DNA from: a virus
Taxonomy: Duplodnaviria > Caudoviricetes
Reading direction: 5' to 3' (one strand)
DNA: 64,000 bases
Virus record (IMG/VR): IMGVR_UViG_3300037484_000776
Span: 22,951-86,950 of that record
Shown here piece after piece: positions 17,695-26,790 of the stretch; position 1 is the stretch's first letter, and each line of letters begins with the position of its first letter. A program made the translations under genes and the position numbers. The notes under the pieces are model-generated. The model was not told where the DNA came from. It saw only the letters and a program-made list of their open reading frames with translations, and did no database searches.

Positions 17695-19272
17695 ATGAGT
17701 ACAATTTTAACAGACTTCTCCAATGGCGAGACTTCTTACGTTGCGCATTTAAATTTGGTGGTAGATGCGATAGAGGAGTTGCAAGTTCTAACTGAGGAGC
17801 AAGAGAGCTTTGCTACCGTTTTGGAGTCTCTATACGGAGGTCTCTTCGGAACTGGAAATCCTACCAGGATAGGGCTGGACTCTTATACTTTCACTTATCT
17901 TGATGCAGTTTTTACTGTATCTTCGGGATATATTTATCTTCCTGACGAACAGACTGTAGCAACTAGTGAGTCAGACACTGATATAGACCTTACTGGTCTA
18001 GGGTCACACACCTTCTATATACATGTTAACTCAACTACAGGGGTGCCTTACGCAGACTTAGTAAGCGGCACCCCTTATATCGCTACTGTTGTTTTTAACG
18101 GTACTGCGATTACTAGTTATGTTGACCAGGCTATGTCTACACCTGGTATCAATGACTGGATTGGTATCAACACCGGATCTATATGGGCACCTGTCTACAA
18201 CTCTCTTGGTGAGCGTCTTGATGCTGTAGAAGCAGCGGCTGCTAATCTAAAGACCCTTACCTTCTCCTCCGCAACTTATACCGCTACAGAGGCAGAAGCT
18301 CTTCAGCAAAATGGCCTGGTCCTAGCCGGCACTCCTGGCGGGGCCGCTACTCTTGTCGTTCCAGATTTGGTTAGATCCTATACCATCTTTAACAACACTG
18401 GAGAAGTCGTAACGGTAGAGGCTGGGGCATCTGCTGTTGATACTGTAGATATTCCAGTAGGCCATTACGCCCTGGTCTATACCAACGGTGCTGACGACGT
18501 TCTGCCTGTATTCGTGGCAGAGATGACGGCTACCCCCAACGGAAGTGGCACAGGTGGCGGTGGAGGTTCTGGAGGGGCTTCCTCAGACTACTCCATCATG
18601 CTGTTCCAACCCAGCCAGCAGAGCGAAGATGCCTTGATGTATCGGATGGTTTTCCCTCATACTGTGACCTTTCCGGCTAACCTTCCAGGCTCCTATGCTA
18701 CCTCTGTTGTTGGCGCTCTCGCAGATTCCACCTTCACAATTAAGAAGGATGGCTCTTCCATCGGCACCCTTACCTATGCAGCCGGACAATCCGACGGCAC
18801 CTTCACCTTTGCGTCTGAGCAAACGTTCACTGAAGGTACTAATGTATTTTCTTTACACGGTCCGGCAACCGTAGATGACAACCTGTCGGACATAAGTATT
18901 TCTTTTAGAGGTATAAAGCAGACAGCCCTATCCTACGTCTTGCAGGTCTTTATGCCGACCGTGCTGACAAACGAGCAGTTGCTCTTTAGGGCTAAGCCTA
19001 CCAACACTTTCTCTATTGTTCAAGATGCAGTTGGCTCGTATGCTATCGCTGTTACAGCGGCAACTGCTGAAGCTGTGTTTTCTTTGCAGAAAAACGCAGT
19101 CGAGTTTGGTACAATTACCTTTGCTGCTGCCGGCAGCACCGGGACTTTTGCTGTTGCTGCTGAGACTGAGTTTAACCAGGGGTCAGATATTATTTCTATC
19201 GTAGGTCCAGCTACCGCCGACGCTACGTTGGCTGGGGTAAGCATTGCTGTTCTTGGAGCCAGAGAGGCATAA
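17695..19272 (+). CDS. Tail fibre / receptor-binding protein
   Basis: 525 aa, Thr/Ala/Gly-rich, GSGTGGGGGSGG hinge and two tandem ~105-aa C-terminal domains; last large gene of the tail module. Confidence 0.7.
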   Translation: MSTILTDFSNGETSYVAHLNLVVDAIEELQVLTEEQESFATVLESLYGGLFGTGNPTRIGLDSYTFTYLDAVFTVSSGYIYLPDEQTVATSESDTDIDLTGLGSHTFYIHVNSTTGVPYADLVSGTPYIATVVFNGTAITSYVDQAMSTPGINDWIGINTGSIWAPVYNSLGERLDAVEAAAANLKTLTFSSATYTATEAEALQQNGLVLAGTPGGAATLVVPDLVRSYTIFNNTGEVVTVEAGASAVDTVDIPVGHYALVYTNGADDVLPVFVAEMTATPNGSGTGGGGGSGGASSDYSIMLFQPSQQSEDALMYRMVFPHTVTFPANLPGSYATSVVGALADSTFTIKKDGSSIGTLTYAAGQSDGTFTFASEQTFTEGTNVFSLHGPATVDDNLSDISISFRGIKQTALSYVLQVFMPTVLTNEQLLFRAKPTNTFSIVQDAVGSYAIAVTAATAEAVFSLQKNAVEFGTITFAAAGSTGTFAVAAETEFNQGSDIISIVGPATADATLAGVSIAVLGAREA

Positions 19273-19383
19273 TCTGACCCGCCTTCCTACGTTATCGCCT
19301 CCCCCTTTGACGTAGGAAATATCGCGCCTGGCCCTGGCGCGTTAAAATAGTAAGGGCCGCTATTTTTTATCGAGGGTATTTAA

Positions 19384-19494
19384 ATGCCATATAACCGTAA
19401 ACAATGTAGATTGTTTTATGCTAAGGCAAAGAAAGGTCAGAAGGTGCCGGCTGATTTCAGGCGGCATTGCGGAGAGGGGAAGAAAAAGAAGTAG
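19384..19494 (+). CDS. 36-aa basic peptide (MPYNRKQCRLFYAKAKKGQKVPADFRRHCGEGKKKK)
   Basis: Hand-translated; SD gaggg upstream. Confidence 0.5.
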   Translation: MPYNRKQCRLFYAKAKKGQKVPADFRRHCGEGKKKK

Positions 19495-19522
19495 TTTTAT
19501 CTAACTTTAGAGGTGAAGTATC

Positions 19523-19753
19523 ATGAATATTAGACTAATGCCTTGGAGTTTGGCGGTTATCCTTGGATGCGGCGTTACTTACGCTGCGTACAAGTACACT
19601 CCGCTTGGCCCTTCTTATCCTGATGCAGACCGGATCGCTCAGGAGCACAGGATTGACCAGATTCGAGAGAACCAATGGTGCACTAAGCATCCCAATCACG
19701 AACACTGCGAGAGATGGCGTGAGATGAACCTCGGTCAGGATTCGCGCAAGTAA
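19523..19753 (+). CDS. Small membrane-anchored protein
   Basis: SD gaggtg and a hydrophobic N-terminus (PWSLAVILGCGVTYAAY). Confidence 0.55.
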   Translation: MNIRLMPWSLAVILGCGVTYAAYKYTPLGPSYPDADRIAQEHRIDQIRENQWCTKHPNHEHCERWREMNLGQDSRK

Positions 19754-19781
19754 ACCTGCCAGTCGCCTAACCCAAGGTAAA

Positions 19782-19810
19782 GAAAAGGGCCTCACTAGGA
19801 GGCCCTTTTC
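19782..19810. terminator. Bidirectional terminator at convergence of the two genome arms
   Basis: gaaaagggcct-cactagg-aggcccttttc. Confidence 0.8.
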
Positions 19811-19825
19811 GTTCGGACTTACTGT

Positions 19826-20341
19826 TTACTCTTGATCGACAGAAGTCATGTTAAGGTGGTTTAGCCTAAAGGTAACCTTATCGGCTCCATTGTTTGGGTC
19901 CAACCCAAGAGACACCATCTTCTCCTTGTACCAAGTCGGGAATGGTCCACGAGTATAGGTGTTCTCGGGGTTGTCCTTATCAGACCAGACAGTAATCCTA
20001 GAACTGCGAGGGGACTCAGGAGTCGAGGATTCAGCAGACCCCTCCCCAGCCTCAAGCATTTCCTTCTTAGTCCTACGGGTACGCTTCTTAGGGGCACCCT
20101 GTTCCACAGCCTTTCCCTTGGGCTGTGCCGGTAGCAAGGGAAGAAGGATCTCTTCCAACGTGTATCCACGGTTCAGGATAGAGTCCTTAATACTCTGAGT
20201 AAAAGCACCCTTCTCTACAGAACGGCGCTCAGACAACAACTTCTCAACGTTTGCCAGTTGTTCCGCTGCGATTGCACGAATTTGCGCAAGAGCCTCGGTG
20301 GACTGATCTTCAAGATTATCAACCATATCGGTATCGTTCAC
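19826..20341 (-). CDS. H-NS-like nucleoid-associated protein
   Basis: Coiled-coil N-terminus ending in GYTLEEIL, basic linker (PKKRTRRTKK) and C-terminal DKDNPENTYTRGPFPTWY, resembling the H-NS DNA-binding motif (DP.NP.NTW.GRG..P.W). Confidence 0.65.
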   Translation of the reverse strand: MNDTDMVDNLEDQSTEALAQIRAIAAEQLANVEKLLSERRSVEKGAFTQSIKDSILNRGYTLEEILLPLLPAQPKGKAVEQGAPKKRTRRTKKEMLEAGEGSAESSTPESPRSSRITVWSDKDNPENTYTRGPFPTWYKEKMVSLGLDPNNGADKVTFRLNHLNMTSVDQE

Positions 20342-20394
20342 TAATTTTTCCTCTGTAAGGTTTGTTCGATCGAGTATTATAGCATCTAAGATTT

Positions 20395-20757
20395 TTAGGC
20401 TGCTGCCTTTTTAAGTAGTTTGTTAGCCTCTACTCGTAGCCTTCCAAGCGCAAACTGTAAGCCTGGAAGCTCGTGTCCATATTCAAAGAGTAGATCATTC
20501 ATCCTATCTATAAAGTCTCCATGTGCCGAGCAGAAGCACGGAACCCTAGCCTCTATCATATCCCTCTGGGCTAGGCAGCAAGGGCAGGTCCTATGTAGGC
20601 TCCAGTACCCGTCCATATGACCCCTTGCCCATTCATACCTATCTCCTGGATTTATCGGTCCCCCACACTCTTGACATTCATATTTTTTACGTGAAATTGG
20701 CCTTATTGCCTTATATCTGCTGTACATTTCATAGCCGCAGTAACACTCAATAGTCAT
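20395..20757 (-). CDS. Zn-finger phage hypothetical protein
   Basis: CYC, CQECG...I.PG.RYE, CPCC and CFC motifs. Confidence 0.6.
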   Translation of the reverse strand: MTIECYCGYEMYSRYKAIRPISRKKYECQECGGPINPGDRYEWARGHMDGYWSLHRTCPCCLAQRDMIEARVPCFCSAHGDFIDRMNDLLFEYGHELPGLQFALGRLRVEANKLLKKAAA

Positions 20758-20975
20758 GATTTGTCTATCCCACTAAGTTTATATCTATTGACTACCCACG
20801 CCCTACCAAAGGTCTGCGCAGATCTATAAGAGCCGTAGATTCCTTCAGCAGCCTTTTGTTCTTTCCCCTTAAAGCCCCATACTATTACCTTATAGTTTCC
20901 TTCCTTGGTTATCTTTATTTCATACCTTAAGTTTGATGTTTCTTTAGCTTTGAGGTCATGTCTTAAGGTGGTCAT
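20754..20975 (-). CDS. Hypothetical protein
   Basis: Overlapping start/stop with neighbours in the operon. Confidence 0.5.
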   Translation of the reverse strand: MTTLRHDLKAKETSNLRYEIKITKEGNYKVIVWGFKGKEQKAAEGIYGSYRSAQTFGRAWVVNRYKLSGIDKS

Positions 20976-21150
20976 ATTCTAGTTTCTCCATCTGCTTTGG
21001 GCTAAAGATGTGTAACATTCCAGGATAAATATCAAACTCAAATACGCACCTTTCGTCCCCTGCCAAGGTATAGAAACAGGAAACTATCGTTCCTGTTGCT
21101 TGATACCCGCCGCCAACTTTCTTTACTTTTTGTCCGCGTTCAAAGGTCAT
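20956..21150 (-). CDS. Hypothetical protein (SH3-like)
   Basis: SD ggagga; FERGQKVKKVGGGYQATGTIV pattern. Confidence 0.55.
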   Translation of the reverse strand: MTFERGQKVKKVGGGYQATGTIVSCFYTLAGDERCVFEFDIYPGMLHIFSPKQMEKLEYDHLKT

Positions 21151-21165
21151 TTTTATATCCTCCGG

Positions 21166-21186
21166 TAAAGGGGGCCAAGGCCCCCC
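21166..21186 (-). terminator. Possible terminator after RNR
   Basis: GC-rich hairpin ggggc-cttg-gcccc followed by ttt on the minus strand. Confidence 0.35.
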
Positions 21187-21195
21187 AGTTCTAAG

Positions 21196-23946
21196 TTAAA
21201 TCCCACAAACCCCGCTCACGCATGCACGGTCTGAATTTTCCTCGTAGACCACTCCTATACCTCCCTCAATGGCTTCAGCATAAGGCACACTTACTAAGGG
21301 CTGCCCTCCGCGAGATCCGTCAGGATACGACGTAAGACCTCTAAGTCTAGGAGCGTACTTTGCAACGATCTTTGCAAACTTATCTACATGCCCATTATGG
21401 TTGCCTTCAGTGTCCCACCCAGGAAGATTCAGTGTGGAAGATATTCCCATATCAACATAGTCTTGCACATCGGCTTGAAATTTAATCCTGCGTTCAGGGT
21501 CCTTGGCAAGATCTATCGCCGTCTCTATCTTGTCTGGATCAATCCCGTAACGTGTCATCAGATCCTTTGCTGCCTGGTCCACATAGTACTGGAACTTCCT
21601 TACCTCTCTACCAGTTTCACGATCACCTTCCAGATAACGCCGCTTATAGGCTACAGCAAAGATAGGCTCGATACCGGTAGTAGTTCCGGCGATTGTCCCG
21701 ATAGTGCCTGTCGGTGCAACCGCCCTGTAAGCAACAGGTTGTGATATATAAAACCGATCACAATGCTCCCTAGCTGCTGCTTCTCCGTTAGTGGCATAGA
21801 CCTTCAGCCATTCGTGCAGTTCTGGGGTAATTTCATAACGGTAGTTGCGCTGAAGAAGCCACTCATGAACTCCCATAATTCCAAGCCCAATGCGGCGATT
21901 CTTCTCCCTGACTAGGCGCGTTTTTTCATCAGGGAGTATTCCCCTGATAGTTCCACAGACTAGGAACTTAGATGCCAACTCGACAGCCGTTTTAAACTGT
22001 TCCAGGTTTTCACATGCTGCCATGTTTACACTTCCAATGTTGCACATGTCTGAGTCATCTGCGCTAACCACCTCCGTACATTGCCCTAGTACGTGCCCTT
22101 CAAAGGTTCCCCTATGCGTCTTGGGTTCGGTAAAGCAGAAGGTCTCTTCCATTATAGGAAGTTCGGTCACTGACCTTACAGTTACAAACCTCCTGGCGTC
22201 TCTCTGAGGTAGGCTATCTTTTGATACACCCAGCCTGGAAAATCTAGTTCCAAGAGACAGTAGTTTTACAGTGTCAGTGTTACCTATCAAAAGCCTCTTA
22301 GTCTCTTTGCAGTTATACCCAGACAGGCTCCCTTTACCGTTGGGCATATCTCTTGTACCTTTATCATTAGCATGAACTACCTTGGCTTTTACACCTAATG
22401 TAGTCAACATTAGCTTCACTTCTTTTAGGAACCCGTGGTCTATACTGGCTATCTGTATCCCATTGCCGTTCTTATCCTTAGTTACACATCCGTCCCCATC
22501 AAGAAGGCCTGCCAACCAGTTAAGTCTGTATTCTAGGGAGGAGTCTAACGGCACCCAATTTTTAGGTAGCATTGTCCCATGCTTCCAGGTTTTCTTGAGT
22601 TCTGCAAACGGGCCTGTCGTGTCCTTAATGGTCCCACACAGCCTGGGTGTACAAGGATACTTAGGCTTATATACCCAAGAATGCTTTAAACCTTTATTAC
22701 CTTCAGCAGAGTAAAATCCTTGGCTGTAAGCGTCAGGGGCTCCATCTACGTCTTCCCCTCCCTCTACTACAGGCATGTCAAACTTAGCCAACCTTTCCCC
22801 TATCTGAAGCTCGTCCGCTGGGACAAACTCTGGAGGGTTGTTCCATCCTTTCAAACCTACCGTTACAAACTTATGGTAGGGTGTGCAGCGCAAGGAAGAC
22901 CCGTCTGATAATTCAACATTTACCAGGCTATTCCACCCAGTAGAAAATGGGGTTACCGGAGCCCATTCTTCTCCGTTCCATATTTCAACCTCCTTTCCAA
23001 CCAGGTCACCAATAGCCTTGTAACCAGTCTTTGTAAGAATCCTTGTGTCTTTTGTACAGCAAGCATTACGTAATGTAGAGCCCTCTTGATCAAAGAAGTT
23101 GAAACTAAATCCTGGCTCACCATTACTCATCGCCATTTCAACATTCTTTATGAAGGTGGAAGGCAGTGGGTTAGTGTCTACTACTGTGTGCCATGCTGCC
23201 TCATCTTTTACCAGCTTCTCCAACTCTACTATAGATCTAACTCCAGACACCTCAGACAAGAAGGCGTTGTCATAGTTAAGGGAGATATTGGTGAAGTCTA
23301 GCGGAGCCTGGGCATCGAAGTTATTACTCTTAGCTTGAGCAAAACTAACGTTAGTACCAGGTATCTTAAGATTTCCCCAATCCTTTACTGTTAGCCAAGA
23401 GGTGGCATCCCCATGTTGCCAGTTAAGAGAGCCATAAATAGCAGAGCGCCTAGACCCTCCTTGCATTACATTGCGTCCAATCTCGTTTATTGAGTTAGCC
23501 AAAGGTATGGGTCCAGATGCCACCCCTCCTGTGCGGCGCAGGAGAGTTCCCCTGGCCCTGAATATCGAGTAATCAACCCCTATGCCTCCGCCTGACATCA
23601 AGGCATTTGATGCTGAGTGCACCAACCTACCCCACTCCTCACGAGTATCTTGCTCTCCAGCAAACAAATAACAGTTGTTATAGTAGCTAGCCGGCCTTCC
23701 ACCGTAATACAGATACCTCCCTCCCGGCAAGAACCTGAAGCCGTGCATAATCTGAACGAGTTCGGCCCGCTCAGGCTTTGACATGAGGGGGTGGGTGATA
23801 CCGCCGCGAGTTCCACAGACGTCATCAACCACGGCCTGGCATCTTTGCAGCCAAGTCTCGTCAGGATACAAGGCATACTTAGCCTTAAATATCGCAGCTC
23901 CTAGATCTGTACGGAAATTATTAGGTCTATCTGAAACGTAAGTCAT
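21196..23946 (-). CDS. nrdJ: Class II (B12-dependent) ribonucleotide reductase with intein
   Basis: FLPGGR, NNC, N-A-C-T-E active-site finger after intein removal, CNIGSVN, APTGTIG and C-terminal CVSGVCGI. No beta subunit or activase gene in the window. Confidence 0.88.
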   Translation of the reverse strand: MTYVSDRPNNFRTDLGAAIFKAKYALYPDETWLQRCQAVVDDVCGTRGGITHPLMSKPERAELVQIMHGFRFLPGGRYLYYGGRPASYYNNCYLFAGEQDTREEWGRLVHSASNALMSGGGIGVDYSIFRARGTLLRRTGGVASGPIPLANSINEIGRNVMQGGSRRSAIYGSLNWQHGDATSWLTVKDWGNLKIPGTNVSFAQAKSNNFDAQAPLDFTNISLNYDNAFLSEVSGVRSIVELEKLVKDEAAWHTVVDTNPLPSTFIKNVEMAMSNGEPGFSFNFFDQEGSTLRNACCTKDTRILTKTGYKAIGDLVGKEVEIWNGEEWAPVTPFSTGWNSLVNVELSDGSSLRCTPYHKFVTVGLKGWNNPPEFVPADELQIGERLAKFDMPVVEGGEDVDGAPDAYSQGFYSAEGNKGLKHSWVYKPKYPCTPRLCGTIKDTTGPFAELKKTWKHGTMLPKNWVPLDSSLEYRLNWLAGLLDGDGCVTKDKNGNGIQIASIDHGFLKEVKLMLTTLGVKAKVVHANDKGTRDMPNGKGSLSGYNCKETKRLLIGNTDTVKLLSLGTRFSRLGVSKDSLPQRDARRFVTVRSVTELPIMEETFCFTEPKTHRGTFEGHVLGQCTEVVSADDSDMCNIGSVNMAACENLEQFKTAVELASKFLVCGTIRGILPDEKTRLVREKNRRIGLGIMGVHEWLLQRNYRYEITPELHEWLKVYATNGEAAAREHCDRFYISQPVAYRAVAPTGTIGTIAGTTTGIEPIFAVAYKRRYLEGDRETGREVRKFQYYVDQAAKDLMTRYGIDPDKIETAIDLAKDPERRIKFQADVQDYVDMGISSTLNLPGWDTEGNHNGHVDKFAKIVAKYAPRLRGLTSYPDGSRGGQPLVSVPYAEAIEGGIGVVYEENSDRACVSGVCGI
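22081..23061 (-). mobile_element. LAGLIDADG intein in RNR (327 aa, C-terminal Gln)
   Basis: Starts CCTKDTRILT, block B LRCTPYHKF, homing motifs GFYSAEG and WLAGLLDGDG, ends TFEGHVLGQ; +1 residue is Cys. Confidence 0.9.
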
Positions 23947-23966
23947 TTCTACTATCTCTATTAGGT

Positions 23967-24167
23967 TTAAAGTATCTTAACTTTGGCCTGACGATCCATT
24001 CTTTTCTGTTCTTTAAGGGCTTGCTTGTAAGTCATACCAAACCCAATACCGCCCTTCCCCTTATCTACCCACCACCATCCTTCCCCATCTGTAGACCAGC
24101 CAGGGTTTCTGCTCTTTAAAGTCCGAGCCTCTTCTACAGTTTCTATATATCTTACATACCTACTCAT
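23967..24167 (-). CDS. Hypothetical protein
   Basis: Packed in the operon with ATG start. Confidence 0.5.
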   Translation of the reverse strand: MSRYVRYIETVEEARTLKSRNPGWSTDGEGWWWVDKGKGGIGFGMTYKQALKEQKRMDRQAKVKIL

Positions 24168-24354
24168 AAAGTTCCCCTATGGAAGCAAGCTGCGCTTGAG
24201 AATACCTCCTTGGCGGATTACAGTTGCAACTGGCAAGCACCCAGTTGCCGTCCTTATCTACCTCAATAATCTCCATCCTCCAGGTTCGGTTACCCATACT
24301 CCATCTCCTTATGGTAAACAGCTTTTGCCCTTCATACATCTCCTCTATTTTCAT
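24160..24354 (-). CDS. Hypothetical protein
   Basis: SD ggag; overlaps the next gene. Confidence 0.5.
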   Translation of the reverse strand: MKIEEMYEGQKLFTIRRWSMGNRTWRMEIIEVDKDGNWVLASCNCNPPRRYSQAQLASIGELYE

Positions 24355-24405
24355 GTCTACTCCGTCTTTAGCCCTGTCTCTAAAGGGCAGGGATTTAAAT
24401 TAAAG

Positions 24406-24609
24406 TCAAACGAATGACCAAGTTCCGTTCTTAATCTGACTTGCGGTTTTCCATATCCAGTGCTCTTTGTCGTTAAGCCATTTCTCCTCCCCTAAGAAGT
24501 TAATACACTTTTCTGTAACCAGTTCCTCAGTCATTTCAGGAGTATGGCTAAGCGCCTTTTCTATAAAAAAGAACGCCTGCATTTTTAAATAGTGCTCTAA
24601 ATTATTCAT
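24406..24609 (-). CDS. Small protein of the WLxDxxHWxW paralog family
   Basis: GEEKWLNDKEHWIWKTA motif shared with 51124..51318 and 51331..51513. Confidence 0.6.
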   Translation of the reverse strand: MNNLEHYLKMQAFFFIEKALSHTPEMTEELVTEKCINFLGEEKWLNDKEHWIWKTASQIKNGTWSFV

Positions 24610-24618
24610 GTCTTGCCT

Positions 24619-26790
24619 CTAATCTAAGTTAATATGAACACCGGCCAAAGAACTCTCCATCGACCGATGGGAGATCATCACCAACTGCGTGCCTGCTTCT
24701 GCCAAAGCCTGGGTAACAACTGCGGCATGGTTGTCGTCCATTTCTGCGCTGGGTTCATCGAGAATCAACGTTGGAAAGGAGCCTGGAACCAACCTATTCA
24801 ATGCCATCAACAACCCCAACGCCATAATTGACCGTTGAGCGCCACTTGCCTCCACTACGCTGTCCTCGACCCCTGCCTCGGTATAGAGGAAGTCACCTCC
24901 CTCAGAACGCCTCACAGCCGTTATGGTGCCTCCCGTGCAGACTGAGGCGAACTCAGATGCCATGCTCATGATCCCAGTCCAAATATCCTCCATGAACCTA
25001 TCCCTGTTCTTGCGCAAGAACTTTTGGAGATTGGAGGCCACTTCCCTGTCCTTTATCTTTTCTTGCAGAGCAGAGACCAACTCTTCTTGTTTAGTTATGA
25101 CAGCACACCAGCTCTCCCACTTATTAAACTCTACGCTGTAGTATCCCTGCCATTCCGATAAACGGCCTTTAATTTCGTTCAAACTAGCTGACAAGGTTTT
25201 AAACTCATCCCAAGACTCAACCTCTTCCTTTTCCCTTAAAACCCCAGGCTTCTTAGATAAGACCTTCTCCTTGGCAGATAGGGAACGGGTTAGAATGGCT
25301 GCTTCTTTCACTATCCTGTCTAAGATAGCCTTTGCCGTGGCAGCCTTAGACCATTCTAAATTAAGAACCCTCTCATCCTCTCTGTAATTAAAGCCTAGAG
25401 ACTTTTCTATATTGGCAAGTTCTAGTGCTGTATCTGATAGCTCGTTAGATTCGTTAGCTTCCCATTCAGACAAGACTTTTAAATCTAGGGTCAGCTTTCT
25501 CTTAATAGTTTCTAGCTCCCCGGTCTTCTTAGCCAACTTCCTAACAGCTTCCAAATCTGAAGCCATTATCCTGCACGCTTCCTTTTCCCTCTCCAACAAA
25601 GACACTGCTTCCTCCCTTTCCGTATTCAACTTAACGGCATCATGTCCATTGAATGGCCTGTGACAGGTAGGGCACTCTGCATCTCTACAGGCTTTTATCA
25701 GGTCGTCTGCCCTAGCCTTTGCTTCCCCACACTTCCTCGTGTAGTTAGAATACTCAACTTCCAGAGCAGATAAGTTCTCAGGTCTGTAGGAATACTTTAC
25801 CAGCTCTTCAGCTATCTTATCCAACTCCTTTTGTAGGCTAGAGGACGTTTCTTTTGTCTTTTTAGATGACAGCTCTTGTTGTTCCTTTCTTACCTGTAAC
25901 TTTTTAAGGGAGCTTATAGAATTTCTAAGTGCAGCCAAGGCGGCTCCTAGCTCTAATTCTGGTTCAGCCTCCTTAACTTTGTCAGGAACCTGATCCTCAA
26001 GGTCTTTTAGTCTATACTGTATATCTTCTATCTCCTTGACGGCACGATCATACGCAGCGTACTGGAGCCTTGCCTCCTTGTTGTACTCCCTTAGGTTAAT
26101 ATACTCCTCCTCCTTAAGTGAGTAAGTTGAACTTGCTATTTCTACTTCTTGCATCAAAGAGGTTATGGACGCATACCACTCTACAAGGTTAGCAGACAAC
26201 TCGTCCCTATCTGCCTTTAACTTTTCAAGGTCCTCCGTAGGCTTACCCATGCTCTCTATGACGCTGGTAAAGTTGCTTATCCTTTCAGACAGTTTTTCTA
26301 TGACCTTGTTAACTAGGGCGGCCCCGCTCAACTCCTCTAGCAAGGAGTGTAGTTTGCTAGCTCCTAGAGTTAGTAGGGCTTGGGTAGTGCCTTGCTGGAC
26401 ATGTTTTAACAAGTTAAAAGTAGCCTTATTTACTCCCAGCAGTTTTTCTATCTCAGAATTAACCGCAGTGTTTCCGGTAGCAACAAGCTCGTTTTCTTTA
26501 AATAACTTAGCTCCAGATAAGGTGCGCTCTATTGTATAAGCAGCGCCCTGAAACTCCAGGTTGAGCGTGACTTTCGTGGAAGTCTTCTTCTCTCCACGAG
26601 TAGGTATAGAGTCTGCCCGACCAGACATGAACTGGACGCCACCTAGAGCAAAAGCCACCCCCTTTATTAAACTGGTTTTGCCTCTCGCGTTGGCACCTGT
26701 AACCAGCGTAAGTCCTTCTGAAAACGAAATCTCAAGGTTTCTGTGTTGTTTGAAATTAACTAGGCTTAATTTACGCAACATTTTCGCCAT
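24619..26790 (-). CDS. sbcC: SbcC/Rad50-like SMC ATPase
   Basis: Walker A GANARGKTS, Q-loop HVQQG, coiled coils, Zn-hook CPTC, signature ASGAQ, Walker B LILDEP and H-loop ISH. Confidence 0.9.
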   Translation of the reverse strand: MAKMLRKLSLVNFKQHRNLEISFSEGLTLVTGANARGKTSLIKGVAFALGGVQFMSGRADSIPTRGEKKTSTKVTLNLEFQGAAYTIERTLSGAKLFKENELVATGNTAVNSEIEKLLGVNKATFNLLKHVQQGTTQALLTLGASKLHSLLEELSGAALVNKVIEKLSERISNFTSVIESMGKPTEDLEKLKADRDELSANLVEWYASITSLMQEVEIASSTYSLKEEEYINLREYNKEARLQYAAYDRAVKEIEDIQYRLKDLEDQVPDKVKEAEPELELGAALAALRNSISSLKKLQVRKEQQELSSKKTKETSSSLQKELDKIAEELVKYSYRPENLSALEVEYSNYTRKCGEAKARADDLIKACRDAECPTCHRPFNGHDAVKLNTEREEAVSLLEREKEACRIMASDLEAVRKLAKKTGELETIKRKLTLDLKVLSEWEANESNELSDTALELANIEKSLGFNYREDERVLNLEWSKAATAKAILDRIVKEAAILTRSLSAKEKVLSKKPGVLREKEEVESWDEFKTLSASLNEIKGRLSEWQGYYSVEFNKWESWCAVITKQEELVSALQEKIKDREVASNLQKFLRKNRDRFMEDIWTGIMSMASEFASVCTGGTITAVRRSEGGDFLYTEAGVEDSVVEASGAQRSIMALGLLMALNRLVPGSFPTLILDEPSAEMDDNHAAVVTQALAEAGTQLVMISHRSMESSLAGVHINLD

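Noticed and set aside
19523-19753. Holin or spanin call
   Set aside because: Only one hydrophobic segment, no clear lipobox or partner gene, and no endolysin adjacent.
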